The notes: generated by a model not told the origin, from the sequence alone. Positions 27,701 to 36,762 are shown, counted from the stretch's first letter. The stretch is 50,558 bases of DNA from Bacteroidales bacterium (GCA_003556325.1 PWRF01000223.1:1-50558); one strand, 5' to 3'. A program made the numbers and translations.

Positions 27701-28126
27701 GGCATGAGTGAACAGATGGCACGTATGGCCGCTGAACAGCAGGCCATCAGGAACAAATTGCGCGAGATGGCCGATGAGATGAGCGGCAGGGGCGATGAGG
27801 GTGCACGGGAGCTGCGCGAGCTGCAACGGCAAATGGAACAATCCGAGCTGGACATGTTGCGAAAAGAAATTTCGACACAGACGATGCACCGCCAGGAAAG
27901 AATTTTAACCCGCCTTCTGGAGCATGAACGTGCTGAAAAACAACGCGAAACAGAAGACAGAAGAGAAGGGACCACAGCAGAAGATTACGACATCAGTAAC
28001 CCTGAAGACTTTTTTGAGTATAATAGGATAAGAGAACGGGAAGTGGAGATGTTGAGAAGTTTGCCGCCAGGGCTCAGGCCGTTTTACAGAACACTGGTCG
28101 AGCAGTATTTTTTGCATATGGAATGA
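24797..28126 (+). CDS. Large membrane-anchored, strongly acidic Q/E/M-rich coiled-coil protein (possibly DUF4175-like)
   Basis: 1109-aa ORF with N-terminal TM helices (LILFGAGLFILSMVFIGL; FGLFYGFIAFNAVVLI; VVPMIIILGVYLL). A folded middle region is followed by about 550 aa of low-complexity coiled coil. The family name is from memory only. Confidence 0.75.
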   Translation: MSTTFDILLRKIDRFIRRYYMNQLIRGLILFGAGLFILSMVFIGLEYFGYFNPGVRFGLFYGFIAFNAVVLIRYVIIPLMGMIRIGKRISPEHAARLLAKYYPDEINDKVTNVIQLRKYLDQNPENAELIMAGIDQKARQTAVIPFHKAIPLHGNLRFVPYAVVPMIIILGVYLLQPGTLVEPARRIVQYDVVFERPRPFQFEMLSDGQAFRNDDLEIRMKASGEALPSEAYLVLDNSRHRMRTHGRTEFTHQLRNIQQDKSFIVEAEGFRYGPYHITVNERASFTHFHIHVDYPEYTEYPDDDFTNMGDLSVLYGSELTWTFFTNRIADIEFFSGDDEIQAEKVREGEHRVRMTADGSFEYNVFAFDDEHGRGDSLSYYVNVNMDEYPRIAVEEHRDDVLLAHLFYRGTIGDDFGFSGLEFHYRVMDQAQINRGVETDFFTESIDIDPNLRNQTFYHHFDLQSIYVQPGETVEVYFTVYDNDPLRGPKKTNSRVFSHYIPTEEEILAERREGEERIEQGLSDGAGQVKDARDQIDELRRNLLDSERAGWEEREAVEQLLDRKEEMEERLQEISDLKKETETRSEQFMESSERLQDMQKELQRLFDEVMSDEMKELFDKIREGLDEMSRDEIYEQLDQMDFEFQDLEMRMERTLEMFRQFAMERLLEESINRLEQLAEQQAELQEQTEAGGDSEELSESQQQIQDAYDNIQDMLDEFRDLNETLSRPKDIPDTQQQQDAISDDLQDALDQLHQDNLQQAAPHQQDAGQKMQEFGESLMQMKQQMFQEQLAEDARAIRMILENLLRSSFAQEDLLLATREANVNDPQYPELIREQRKIESDMEMINDSLVALSKRQIAIESFVNREVAEINHQMRQAIDHMINRRRHQSSSRQQHVMTHINNLALLLNESLQNIQQQMAMGEGMGDDMQMGEGQSFQNLREMQEQLNQMLEQMQDGFEPMPGETGEQQMGMSEQMARMAAEQQAIRNKLREMADEMSGRGDEGARELRELQRQMEQSELDMLRKEISTQTMHRQERILTRLLEHERAEKQRETEDRREGTTAEDYDISNPEDFFEYNRIREREVEMLRSLPPGLRPFYRTLVEQYFLHME

Positions 28127-28271
28127 CAAAATATGAATCAAAGCGAGAGTCAGCTTACTGAAAGCCCTTTCAATACACGCAAACCTATGCCGTGCATGCA
28201 GAAGTGACCGGTTCCCGTAGCATGAAACAATCCATGCCAGAATTTTTGAAACACAGGAGGTTGATTATTGG

Positions 28272-28311
28272 GACGTTTCGACATTTCGACATTTCGACAT
28301 TTTGACAGTTT
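28272..28311 (+). repeat. Tandem octamer array (GACGTTTC GACATTTC GACATTTC GACATTTT GACAGTTT)
   Basis: Read directly. It belongs to the same GACNTTTC family as the 7221-7300 array. Confidence 0.8.
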
Positions 28312-28400
28312 CAACACAGCCCCTGAACCTTTGACAAGAACATAAACACCTCTGTGGCAATTAGTTGAAAAAACATAAGCACATGAAAAACAACTAACAG

Positions 28401-28910
28401 ATGAAGCAGAACTACCGGAACCGGCACCTCAAATTGCAGGACGATGACCTGTCCATTTCCAGGCTTGAAGCGTTTTTGGACTCAATATGTGACGACTACC
28501 GTATTTACGACGATTACTACGGAAACATTATATCAAGCGTTACTGAAGCATTCGACCTGGTAACCGGGATGCAACAAAAGAATGCTGATGTCGACATCTA
28601 TTTCTCTTCCGGTAAAAACGGATTGGTGTTCAGGATTATCCTCAGGGATATGTTTATAGATATTGCCAGGATACAGGAGCGTATTGAAAACAACGCAACC
28701 GGCATCCCGGATGAGGAATGGGACGAGCCGACCCGCAGCTTGTTTCTCATTAATTCATTGGCCGATAATGTTGTTATCAATAATGAAGACGAAAGCCTGG
28801 AGATCTTGTTCCATGTTACAGGCATAAACGAATTTCTTACAGAGCAGCGCAGGCAACTGTTGTATAATTATTATGACAAACTATTGCGTGAAAAGAAAAC
28901 GTATAAATAA
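28401..28910 (+). CDS. Hypothetical protein, possibly a degenerate anti-sigma-kinase / HATPase-like fold
   Basis: 169-aa ORF immediately upstream of ybeY. SISRLEAFLDSICDDY....YGNIISSVTEAFDLV resembles the N-terminus of small RsbW-like ATP-binding proteins of Bacteroidota. This is weak and pattern-based only. Confidence 0.6.
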   Translation: MKQNYRNRHLKLQDDDLSISRLEAFLDSICDDYRIYDDYYGNIISSVTEAFDLVTGMQQKNADVDIYFSSGKNGLVFRIILRDMFIDIARIQERIENNATGIPDEEWDEPTRSLFLINSLADNVVINNEDESLEILFHVTGINEFLTEQRRQLLYNYYDKLLREKKTYK

Positions 28911-28912
28911 CC

Positions 28913-29368
28913 GTGGATCAACCTGCACCTCCCCCGAACGATTCTTTTCCCCGTATTCTTTTTCATTATGAAGATGTTTATGTTCCTGATATTCAGGAGC
29001 ATAAGGCTGAGGCGTGGATCCTTGACGCTATCAAAACCGAAGGCAAACAAGCCGGGGATATTTCTGTTATCTTTTGCAGGGATGAGTACCTGCACAGGAT
29101 AAACAAATCATATCTTGATCATGATACGCTTACTGATGTAATAACGTTTGACTATACAGGGGAAGAAGGTTACGTTTCTGGTGATATCTTTATCAGCTAC
29201 GAACGTGTTGAGGAGAATGCGAAACTGTTCAACCAACCCCTGCCTCATGAACTGCACAGGGTTATCATTCACGGTGTGTTGCACCTGCTCGGCTACCGCG
29301 ACAACACCGGACCTGAGAAGGCGGCTATGCACGAAAAGGAGAATTATTACCTATCTTTGCGTTTCTAA
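28913..29368 (+). CDS. ybeY: rRNA maturation endoribonuclease YbeY
   Basis: The Zn motif HGVLHLLGYRD and the conserved DVITFDY are present. The start is a GTG at 28913, with no in-frame ATG upstream of the conserved region. Confidence 0.9.
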   Translation: MDQPAPPPNDSFPRILFHYEDVYVPDIQEHKAEAWILDAIKTEGKQAGDISVIFCRDEYLHRINKSYLDHDTLTDVITFDYTGEEGYVSGDIFISYERVEENAKLFNQPLPHELHRVIIHGVLHLLGYRDNTGPEKAAMHEKENYYLSLRF

Positions 29369-29379
29369 AGAAGAAAGTC

Positions 29380-31260
29380 ATGTTGTTTGATCGTTACGAC
29401 GTTATTGTGGTAGGAGGCGGACATGCAGGATGCGAGGCTGCCTCTTCTGCGGCACGGCTTGGATCAAAGGTATTGCTGATCACAATGAATTTTTCGACCA
29501 TCGGACAGATGTCGTGCAATCCCGCTATGGGCGGTATTGCCAAAGGACAGATTGTTCGGGAGATAGATGCGCTGGGTGGATTAACCGGTATTGTAACCGA
29601 TCACACCATGGTGCAGTTCAGGATGTTGAATCTGAGTAAGGGGCCGGCTATGTGGTCGCCCAGGGCGCAGAGCGACCGCCATGCCTTTTCCCAAAAATGG
29701 CAGGAGCAACTTCAGAATATCGAAAATCTTTTTATATGGCAGGACACCGTGCGCGGATTGATCTTTGAGGACAAGCGGGTTACAGGCGTACAAACCCGTA
29801 TTGCCGGCGATATTTTTGCGCATTCGGTGATCATCACGAGCGGCACATTTCTGAATGGAAGGATACACATTGGTACCAACAGCTATCCGGGAGGCAGGAT
29901 GGGAGAGACAAATGCTACAGAATTGACTGACAGCATATGTGCCACCGGAGTTGAAAAGGAGCAACTGAAAACTGGTACGCCTGTACGCGTGGATGGCAGA
30001 ACCATTGATTTCTCCAGGATGACAGAACAGAAGGGTGATGACAAGCCAGGCCGGTTTTCCTACCTGGATACTCCCCCGTTGCATGACCAGCTGAGCTGTT
30101 TTCTGACGTATACAAATCCGGAAGTCCACAGCGTACTGCAAAAAGGTTTTGAGCAATCGCCGCTTTTTGCGGGCCGGATCAAAGGAACAGGGCCGAGGTA
30201 CTGTCCTTCTATAGAAGACAAGATCGACCGTTTTTCAGACCGCACCCGGCACCAGCTTTTTGTAGAGCCGGAAGGCCGCGGCACAAACGAGTTTTATGTT
30301 AACGGGTTTTCTTCCAGTCTGCCTATTGAAGTACAATACCAGGCACTGAGGCTTATCCCTGGATTTGAGGAGGCGATGATTGTCAGGCCCGGATACGCCA
30401 TAGAGTACGATTATTTCCCCCCCACGCAATTAAAATTCTCGCTTGAGAGCAAAATTGTCGGGAACCTTTATTTCGCAGGCCAGGTAAACGGTACAACCGG
30501 TTACGAGGAGGCTGCCTGCCAGGGTCTGATGGCAGGCATCAATGCACACCGGAAAAGGTTAGGAGAGGAGCCCGTTGTGCTGAAGCGGTCGGAGGCATAC
30601 ATCGGTGTGCTTATCGATGATCTGGTCACAAAAGGCACCCGGGAACCTTACCGGATGTTTACCAGCCGTGCCGAGTTCAGGATACTGCTGCGCCAGGACA
30701 ACGCCGATCAGCGCCTTACCCGGCTCGGACATCAAATAGGGCTTGCATCGGATGAACGCCTGGAGAGACTTAATGAAAAGGAAAAGAGCTGTGAACGGAT
30801 ACAACATCTTTTGCAAAACGAAAGCGTTACTCCGGACGAGATTAACCACTTTCTGGAGAGTGCCGGTACAACGACAATAACACGCAAGACCAGGTACAGC
30901 CAGCTGATACTCCGGCCCCAGGTAAACCTGAAAGGGCTTGTGAACCAAAGCAGCACATTGAAAAACGCCCTGGCTGATATAACAGAACAACCCAATGCAG
31001 ATGAAATTTTCCAGGCTGCAGAAATTCAAATTAAATACAAGGGCTACCTTGAAAAAGAGCGTGAGCTTGCCGACAAAATGCAGAGGCTTGAAAACTTAAC
31101 TATCAATGAAACCATTGACTATGTGAAGATCCCTGGGCTAAGCAACGAAGCGCGGGAAAAACTTGCCAATCAACGCCCCGAAACCATAGGGCAGGCATCA
31201 CGCATCAGCGGCGTTACCCCCTCGGACGTTTCTGTTTTGTTGGTTTATTTAGGAAGATAA
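29380..31260 (+). CDS. mnmG: tRNA uridine 5-carboxymethylaminomethyl modification enzyme MnmG (GidA)
   Basis: 626 aa with the FAD motif YDVIVVGGGHAGCEAA. It also carries SCNPAMGGIAKG and GTGPRYCPSIEDK. Confidence 0.95.
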   Translation: MLFDRYDVIVVGGGHAGCEAASSAARLGSKVLLITMNFSTIGQMSCNPAMGGIAKGQIVREIDALGGLTGIVTDHTMVQFRMLNLSKGPAMWSPRAQSDRHAFSQKWQEQLQNIENLFIWQDTVRGLIFEDKRVTGVQTRIAGDIFAHSVIITSGTFLNGRIHIGTNSYPGGRMGETNATELTDSICATGVEKEQLKTGTPVRVDGRTIDFSRMTEQKGDDKPGRFSYLDTPPLHDQLSCFLTYTNPEVHSVLQKGFEQSPLFAGRIKGTGPRYCPSIEDKIDRFSDRTRHQLFVEPEGRGTNEFYVNGFSSSLPIEVQYQALRLIPGFEEAMIVRPGYAIEYDYFPPTQLKFSLESKIVGNLYFAGQVNGTTGYEEAACQGLMAGINAHRKRLGEEPVVLKRSEAYIGVLIDDLVTKGTREPYRMFTSRAEFRILLRQDNADQRLTRLGHQIGLASDERLERLNEKEKSCERIQHLLQNESVTPDEINHFLESAGTTTITRKTRYSQLILRPQVNLKGLVNQSSTLKNALADITEQPNADEIFQAAEIQIKYKGYLEKERELADKMQRLENLTINETIDYVKIPGLSNEAREKLANQRPETIGQASRISGVTPSDVSVLLVYLGR

Positions 31261-31313
31261 ATAAGTGATGGTTTTTTGAAAATGTTCCACGTGGAACAAT
31301 TTATCATTCTCCA

Positions 31314-32288
31314 ATGGAATATGTAGAGCATTGTGTTTTATGCGGCAAATACAGGACGCAGCACCCCTATATGAAGGTTAGGGATGCCCTTGTAACCGGC
31401 GAAGTGTTCGACCTCACCCGATGCGGCCGCTGTAAGTTCGTCCTAACAAACCCTAGACCAGAGGCCCAGGACTCCTTAAAGTATTATAAATCAGACGATT
31501 ACATATCTCATACCGATCGAAAAAAGAACCTGAAAGAGAAGGCTTACGGCTTGGTTAAGAAACGCATGCAGGTTCGTAAAATTCAATGGATCAGCAAGCA
31601 CCTTGAAAACTTTCCTCATAAAGAAAAAGAAGCCCGTAATGAGATGGGCAAAGGTTTTTCCTTGCTCGATTACGGCTGCGGAACCGGCGACTTTGTTATT
31701 GCTGCGGAAAAAGCCGGATTTAAAGCCCGGGGATATGATCCGGACAGCCTGGCAATGCAACGCGCACAGAATAAAGGGGTTAAGACTCTGAAAGTCCGCA
31801 AGGACGGCTGCCTTTACAGGTCACCTGAATTCGATGTCATTACCCTTTGGCACGTCCTCGAACACATTCCAAATATCAGAGAGGTGATCGCCTCGTGCCG
31901 GAAAGCACTCAAACCCAATGGCATCATGATTGTGGCTGTGCCCATGGCTAACAGTTACGATGCCCTTCACTATAAAGAAAAATGGGCCGCCTGGGATGTG
32001 CCCCGGCACCTGTACCACTTTGTCCCCGGAACCGTGAAAAACCTTTTCAGCCAGGAGAAACTTGAATGCGTGGCGACGTATACCATGCCGTTCGACGCAC
32101 TCTATATTTCCCTGCTGAGCGAACAAAATAGAAAAACAGAACGGAAAGGCGAGCATAAACCCGGCAAAAACACGGCCGGAGCAAGCGTGATCTTTCGGGC
32201 AGTGCGCTCAGGAATCAAATCTAACCTGAAAGCCCGCAAAGAAAAATATCCTGCTTCGAGCCAGGCATTCGTCTTTAAAAAACAGTAA
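31314..32288 (+). CDS. Class I SAM-dependent methyltransferase with an N-terminal Cys4 motif
   Basis: Contains CVLCG...CGRC and the SAM motif LLDYGCGTGDF. The region VITLWHVLEHIPN is typical of the Methyltransf_23 type. Confidence 0.85.
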   Translation: MEYVEHCVLCGKYRTQHPYMKVRDALVTGEVFDLTRCGRCKFVLTNPRPEAQDSLKYYKSDDYISHTDRKKNLKEKAYGLVKKRMQVRKIQWISKHLENFPHKEKEARNEMGKGFSLLDYGCGTGDFVIAAEKAGFKARGYDPDSLAMQRAQNKGVKTLKVRKDGCLYRSPEFDVITLWHVLEHIPNIREVIASCRKALKPNGIMIVAVPMANSYDALHYKEKWAAWDVPRHLYHFVPGTVKNLFSQEKLECVATYTMPFDALYISLLSEQNRKTERKGEHKPGKNTAGASVIFRAVRSGIKSNLKARKEKYPASSQAFVFKKQ

Positions 32289-32299
32289 ACCCACAATCC

Positions 32300-32740
32300 A
32301 AGCCCTTGGCAGGAGGGCAATGACACAGACTCCCATACCCCCGGGATGGGGCTAAAAGCAGCGAGCAAGGAAGACATTGATCATTAACAAAGGGTAAACA
32401 GACAACCCAGGTCCCCCGGCAGAAGGGCAATGACACAGACTGCCATACCCCCTGGATGGGGCTAAAAACAACGAGCAAGGAAGACATTGATCATTAACAA
32501 AGGGTAAACAGACAACCCAGGTCCCCCGGCAATAGGGCAATGACACAGACTGCCATACCCCCGGGCCGGGGCTAAAAACAACGAGCAAAAAAGACAGTTG
32601 CTTAAAAAACAGTGAACACACAATGCAGCACCCGGCAGGAAGGTAAATAAACAGACAACCCAGGTCCCCCGGCAGGAAGGGCAATGACACAGATTCCCAT
32701 ACCCCCGGGATGGGGCTAAAAGCAGCGAGCAAAAAAGACA
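32300..32740 (+). repeat. Tandem repeat of about 110 bp, 4 units (periods 110, 110, 144)
   Basis: The anchor GGGCAATGACACAGA recurs with its C at 32318, 32428, 32538 and 32682. The third unit carries a ~34-bp insert that resembles the methyltransferase 3' end/junction (aaaaaacagtgaacacacaatgcagcacccggcagga versus aaaaaacagtaaacccacaatccaagcccttggcagga). Confidence 0.9.
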
Positions 32741-32851
32741 TCCCCTGTTTTGGTACAGGTTTTGCTATTATGCCCGGGGAAAGACACACGGTTGGGGACA
32801 GGGACAAAGACACGAAGATCCGTATAATATGGTTTTATCTGTTTAAATTAA

Positions 32852-32876
32852 AGTCAAAAAGTCGAAAAGTCAAAAT
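32852..32876 (-). repeat. Short octamer array of the GACTTTTY family, 3 units, reverse orientation
   Basis: The plus strand reads agtcaaaa agtcgaaa agtcaaaa. Confidence 0.7.
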
Positions 32877-32885
32877 AACCTTACA

Positions 32886-33004
32886 CCCTGTTTGTCAACA
32901 CCTTGTCATGGAGGGGACTTCAACGGGCTCGCAAGTGACCGGAGCCCGGTGTTCAGGACCGAAGAAGCATTAACCTGTTTGTCAAACACGGTGGCATGGC
33001 CCGG
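32886..33004 (+). repeat. Two copies of a CCTGTTTGTCAA-N5/6-TG(T/G)CATGG box plus a GCTCGCAAGTGMCCGG motif, upstream of the sensor kinase
   Basis: ccctgtttgtcaacaccttgtcatgg is at 32886-32911, gctcgcaagtgaccgg at 32927-32942 and cctgtttgtcaaacacggtggcatgg at 32974-32999. The same box and the GCTCGCAAGTG motif recur at 36862-36919. The box alone recurs at 38244-38272 and 39588-39611. Confidence 0.7.
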
Positions 33005-33042
33005 TTAATCTAAGTAATAAACCACATATCCGGCGGAAAGAA

Positions 33043-36000
33043 ATGCGGCATGTAACGCTATACAAGTATCTCGAAAAAGTTGGGCTGGCCATCATACTGA
33101 TCCTCCTCAGCGCAGTGGTTTACCACTTCAGGGAAACCACCACCGACAGCGAAACGCATGTCAAACAGTTTACCAGAGCGCTGCATAAACAGGAAAACAC
33201 AGCCAGCCGGATATTGGATGACTTCGTTTTCCAATACCGGGAAAGCGAAGGAGAAATCCTCAATGATGCCGCATACGTCAAAAAACTAAACCAGCTCTTT
33301 GAAAGGAAAGGCATCATACTGGCCCTTGCTGAAAACCAAAGAATCTCTTTCTGGTCGCATAACCATATTCCTCTCGAAGAAAGAGTGCTTCCTGTGGAGG
33401 AAACAGGAGCCTCACGGATCGAAAACGGCTGGTATTACCACCACAAGTACACCGGCAACGACAAAAGTTTCTTTGTGTACTACCTCATCAAAAATGACTT
33501 TAAATACCAAAACCAGTTCCTGGTAAACAGGTTTCATGATGCCCTGCCCGAAATCAGCGACATCTTCTTTATCAGCGACCGGGAAGACATGGGCTACCCC
33601 GTTCACTCCCAGGACGAAACGTATTTGTTCTCGCTGGCTTTGCGCAGCGAATCCGCACTGGTAAAGACATCCGGGTGGGTGGAAAATGCTGCACTGCTGC
33701 TCGCACTGGCAGCATTGGCCATCCTGGTGTATTTTACCTTCCGGTACTTTTCGCGGCTGTTTGCTGCAGGAAGGAGGGTCACCGCAGTCACCGGTTTTCT
33801 TGCCGTCATCATCCTGAGCCGGATCCTTTCTTTCTGGTCGCAGGTCCCACGGGCACTGTACAACACCAAACTGTTTTCGCCGGAGCTGTACGCCACCTCC
33901 GACATATTGCCCTCCCTGGGTGACCTGATGACAAACATTGCAGCCGTCACAATCATTGGCTATTTTCTTTTCAGCAACCTCAGGAATATTGAGCTGAAAA
34001 GCACACCCGGTAAAGCGGGCTCGGTATTGGCCGCATCCGGCTTTTTTGTGCTGATATACCTCATATGCGGACTGGCGCTTTATATCATCGACGGCCTCGT
34101 GATAAACAGCGACCTGAACCTCAACGTAAACTTTATTTTTAAACTGGACACCTACAGCCTCCTTGGATTTCTGACCATCGGCCTGATCTCCTTTGCTTTT
34201 TTCTTTTTCAGCATCATACTTTGCCGCCTGGCACTGCACCTGCTGAGCACACGAAAAGCCTTTTGGACGACCTGCATCAGCACCTTTGCCGTACTTGCCG
34301 CCATTACATGGATCCTTGCAGGGGCAACGCCCCTGCTTTGGGGCCTGGCAGCCTCATCGGTCGTGATCTTCGAACTCGACCGGCAAAGCAATACACCACG
34401 GAAAAACTTCTCAACACTGGTGATAGCGCTCTTCCTGTTCAGCATCGTCTCCACAGCAGCCCTCTATCGCTTCAACGAAGAAAAAGACCGTCAAATAAGG
34501 AAAAGCCTGGTGCTGCAACTGGCATCCGAACAGGACCCCGTGGCAGAATTCCTGTTTCTGGAGCTTGAAGAGGCCCTGTTTCAGGATAACCAGCTCGAAT
34601 ACCTGGTACAACACGACCCCTATAACGAATCGCTCATCTATAACTATCTTCAGTTTCATTACTTCTATGACTTCTGGGAAAAATACGACATCCAGGTTAC
34701 GGTATGCCGGCCCGAAGAGCCGCTCCTTATAAAACCTGCCAATGTTGAAGTGGAGTGCGCTGCCTTTTTCCGAAACTATATCATGACGTTCGGCAGAGAG
34801 ACCATGAGCGAAAATTTCATATACCTCGACAACAACACGGGCAGGAACAGCTACATCACCAAGGTTCCCTTCGGAAGAGAAGACCATGACGGCCGGGCGG
34901 AGTATAACCTGTACATCGAGTTCGACGCCAAATTCATAGCACGCGACATGGGCTTCCCCGAATTGCTTATCGATGACGCGATAGACCTGAACCGCGAACT
35001 GATCAACTATTCCTACGCCACGTATAAGTCAGGGTATCTTGTAAATGAGTTTGGCCCCTTTTCCTATAATGTTGAAGCCGCCGTATACCCGCATCCGGAC
35101 AACGAATTTCTTTATTTTGATTTCGACAACCACTGCCACCTCATCTACCAAAAAGACGCCGACACGCTGATCATCATCAGCCGCCCCCATGGATCCCTGC
35201 TGGAGGCCATAGCACCCTTCTCTTATCTCTTTATTTCATTTTTTGTGCTGGTAGTTGCCTTCTGGTTGCTCGTAAACCGCAAAAAACCGGTGCACCTCTT
35301 TAAAATGACTTTCAGAAAACGGGTCCAGTACTCGATGATCGCCGTCCTTCTGGTGGCAGCCCTTTCGATAGGAGGGGCCTCGGTATGGTTTATTTACAAC
35401 ATCTATGAAAACAAAAACCTGTCATTCCTGAACGAAAAGGCCCACAGCGTGCTGCTGGAAATCGAGGATGACCTCGCTGCCGACCGCCACCTCGACCATA
35501 CCATGGAGTACTTTTTGTATGACCTGCTGCTGCAATATTCCAACGTGTTCTTTACCGACATAAACCTTTACAGCCCGGAAGGGCGCCTTATTGCTTCCAG
35601 CCGGCCCAAGGTCTTTGAAGAAGGACTGGTAGGGCGCAAGATGGATCCCGTAGCCTACCACAGGATACATACAGAGCAGCGCAGCAACTTCGTCCACAAC
35701 GAGCGCATAGGAAAACTGGAATACCTGTCGGCCTATACCCCGCTGTATAACCGCTATAACGAAAAGCTGGGATACCTCAACCTGCCCTATTTTGCCAAAC
35801 AAAGCGAATTGCGCAACGAGGTGTCCTTCTTCCTGGTCGCCTTCATCAATATTTACCTCCTGCTGATCGTGCTGGGAGTCATCGTTGCCCTGTTCGTTTC
35901 GGGATACGTTACCAAGCCCCTCCAGCTGATACGTGAAAATATGGCGCGCGTGAAACTAGGAAAAGCAAACCAGAAGATAAAGTGGTCCCGCGAAGACGAG

Positions 36001-36762
36001 ATTGGCAGCCTGATCGCTGAATATAACCGCATGATTGACGAACTGTCTGTCAGCGCCGAACTCCTGGCCCGCAGCGAACGGGAAAGCGCATGGCGCGAGA
36101 TGGCAAGGCAGGTGGCCCACGAGATCAAAAACCCGCTTACCCCCATGCGGCTTAATGTACAATACCTGGAAAAAGCATGGAAAGAAAAGGCCCCTGACTG
36201 GGACAAGCGGCTGGAACGATTTACCAAGACCATGATCGAACAGATCGACAACCTCTCTGTCATCGCAGGAGAATTCTCCGACTTCGCCAAGATGCCTTCA
36301 GGAAAACAGCAACGCCTTAACCTGCGGCAGCTGCTGCCCGAGGTGCTCGACCTCTATGAGGACTTCGAACGGGTTTCGATACGGCTCCATATGCCCGGAG
36401 GCGACGACCCCATGTTCGTGAGAGCGGACAGAAACCAACTGCTCAGGGTGTTTAACAACCTGATAAAGAATGCTATACAGGCTTATCCGAGAGGTGATAC
36501 AGCAGAAATTGATGTGACATGCAGCAAAGAGGGCTACATGTATAGTATTGAAGTTTCTGATAGGGGCTGTGGCATTCCTGACGAGCTAAAAGGCCATATC
36601 TTTAGCCCATACTTCACCACAAAGACCAAAGGAATGGGCCTGGGCCTTTCGATGGTAAAAAACATTATTGAAGGGTTTGGGGGCAACGTCTGGTTTACCT
36701 CCCGCGAAGGCGAAGGCAGCGTATTCGGTTTCACCCTGCCCGAAGACCAAAGAAGCCAGTGA
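33043..36762 (+). CDS. Large multi-pass membrane sensor histidine kinase (HAMP + HisKA + HATPase_c, NtrY-like H-box)
   Basis: 1239 aa with two TM clusters. The H-box is AHEIKNPLTPM, the N-box LLRVFNNLIKNAIQA and the G-boxes DRGCGIP and GMGLGLSMV. Confidence 0.9.
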   Translation: MRHVTLYKYLEKVGLAIILILLSAVVYHFRETTTDSETHVKQFTRALHKQENTASRILDDFVFQYRESEGEILNDAAYVKKLNQLFERKGIILALAENQRISFWSHNHIPLEERVLPVEETGASRIENGWYYHHKYTGNDKSFFVYYLIKNDFKYQNQFLVNRFHDALPEISDIFFISDREDMGYPVHSQDETYLFSLALRSESALVKTSGWVENAALLLALAALAILVYFTFRYFSRLFAAGRRVTAVTGFLAVIILSRILSFWSQVPRALYNTKLFSPELYATSDILPSLGDLMTNIAAVTIIGYFLFSNLRNIELKSTPGKAGSVLAASGFFVLIYLICGLALYIIDGLVINSDLNLNVNFIFKLDTYSLLGFLTIGLISFAFFFFSIILCRLALHLLSTRKAFWTTCISTFAVLAAITWILAGATPLLWGLAASSVVIFELDRQSNTPRKNFSTLVIALFLFSIVSTAALYRFNEEKDRQIRKSLVLQLASEQDPVAEFLFLELEEALFQDNQLEYLVQHDPYNESLIYNYLQFHYFYDFWEKYDIQVTVCRPEEPLLIKPANVEVECAAFFRNYIMTFGRETMSENFIYLDNNTGRNSYITKVPFGREDHDGRAEYNLYIEFDAKFIARDMGFPELLIDDAIDLNRELINYSYATYKSGYLVNEFGPFSYNVEAAVYPHPDNEFLYFDFDNHCHLIYQKDADTLIIISRPHGSLLEAIAPFSYLFISFFVLVVAFWLLVNRKKPVHLFKMTFRKRVQYSMIAVLLVAALSIGGASVWFIYNIYENKNLSFLNEKAHSVLLEIEDDLAADRHLDHTMEYFLYDLLLQYSNVFFTDINLYSPEGRLIASSRPKVFEEGLVGRKMDPVAYHRIHTEQRSNFVHNERIGKLEYLSAYTPLYNRYNEKLGYLNLPYFAKQSELRNEVSFFLVAFINIYLLLIVLGVIVALFVSGYVTKPLQLIRENMARVKLGKANQKIKWSREDEIGSLIAEYNRMIDELSVSAELLARSERESAWREMARQVAHEIKNPLTPMRLNVQYLEKAWKEKAPDWDKRLERFTKTMIEQIDNLSVIAGEFSDFAKMPSGKQQRLNLRQLLPEVLDLYEDFERVSIRLHMPGGDDPMFVRADRNQLLRVFNNLIKNAIQAYPRGDTAEIDVTCSKEGYMYSIEVSDRGCGIPDELKGHIFSPYFTTKTKGMGLGLSMVKNIIEGFGGNVWFTSREGEGSVFGFTLPEDQRSQ

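Noticed and set aside
32300-32740. 110-bp tandem repeat as a CRISPR array or as the coding sequence of the repetitive ORFs 32352..32813, 32275..32487 and 32102..32377
   Set aside because: Whole units repeat without unique spacers. The ORFs are translations of the repeat in a frame that changes with the 144-bp unit, and they have no start context or protein-like composition.
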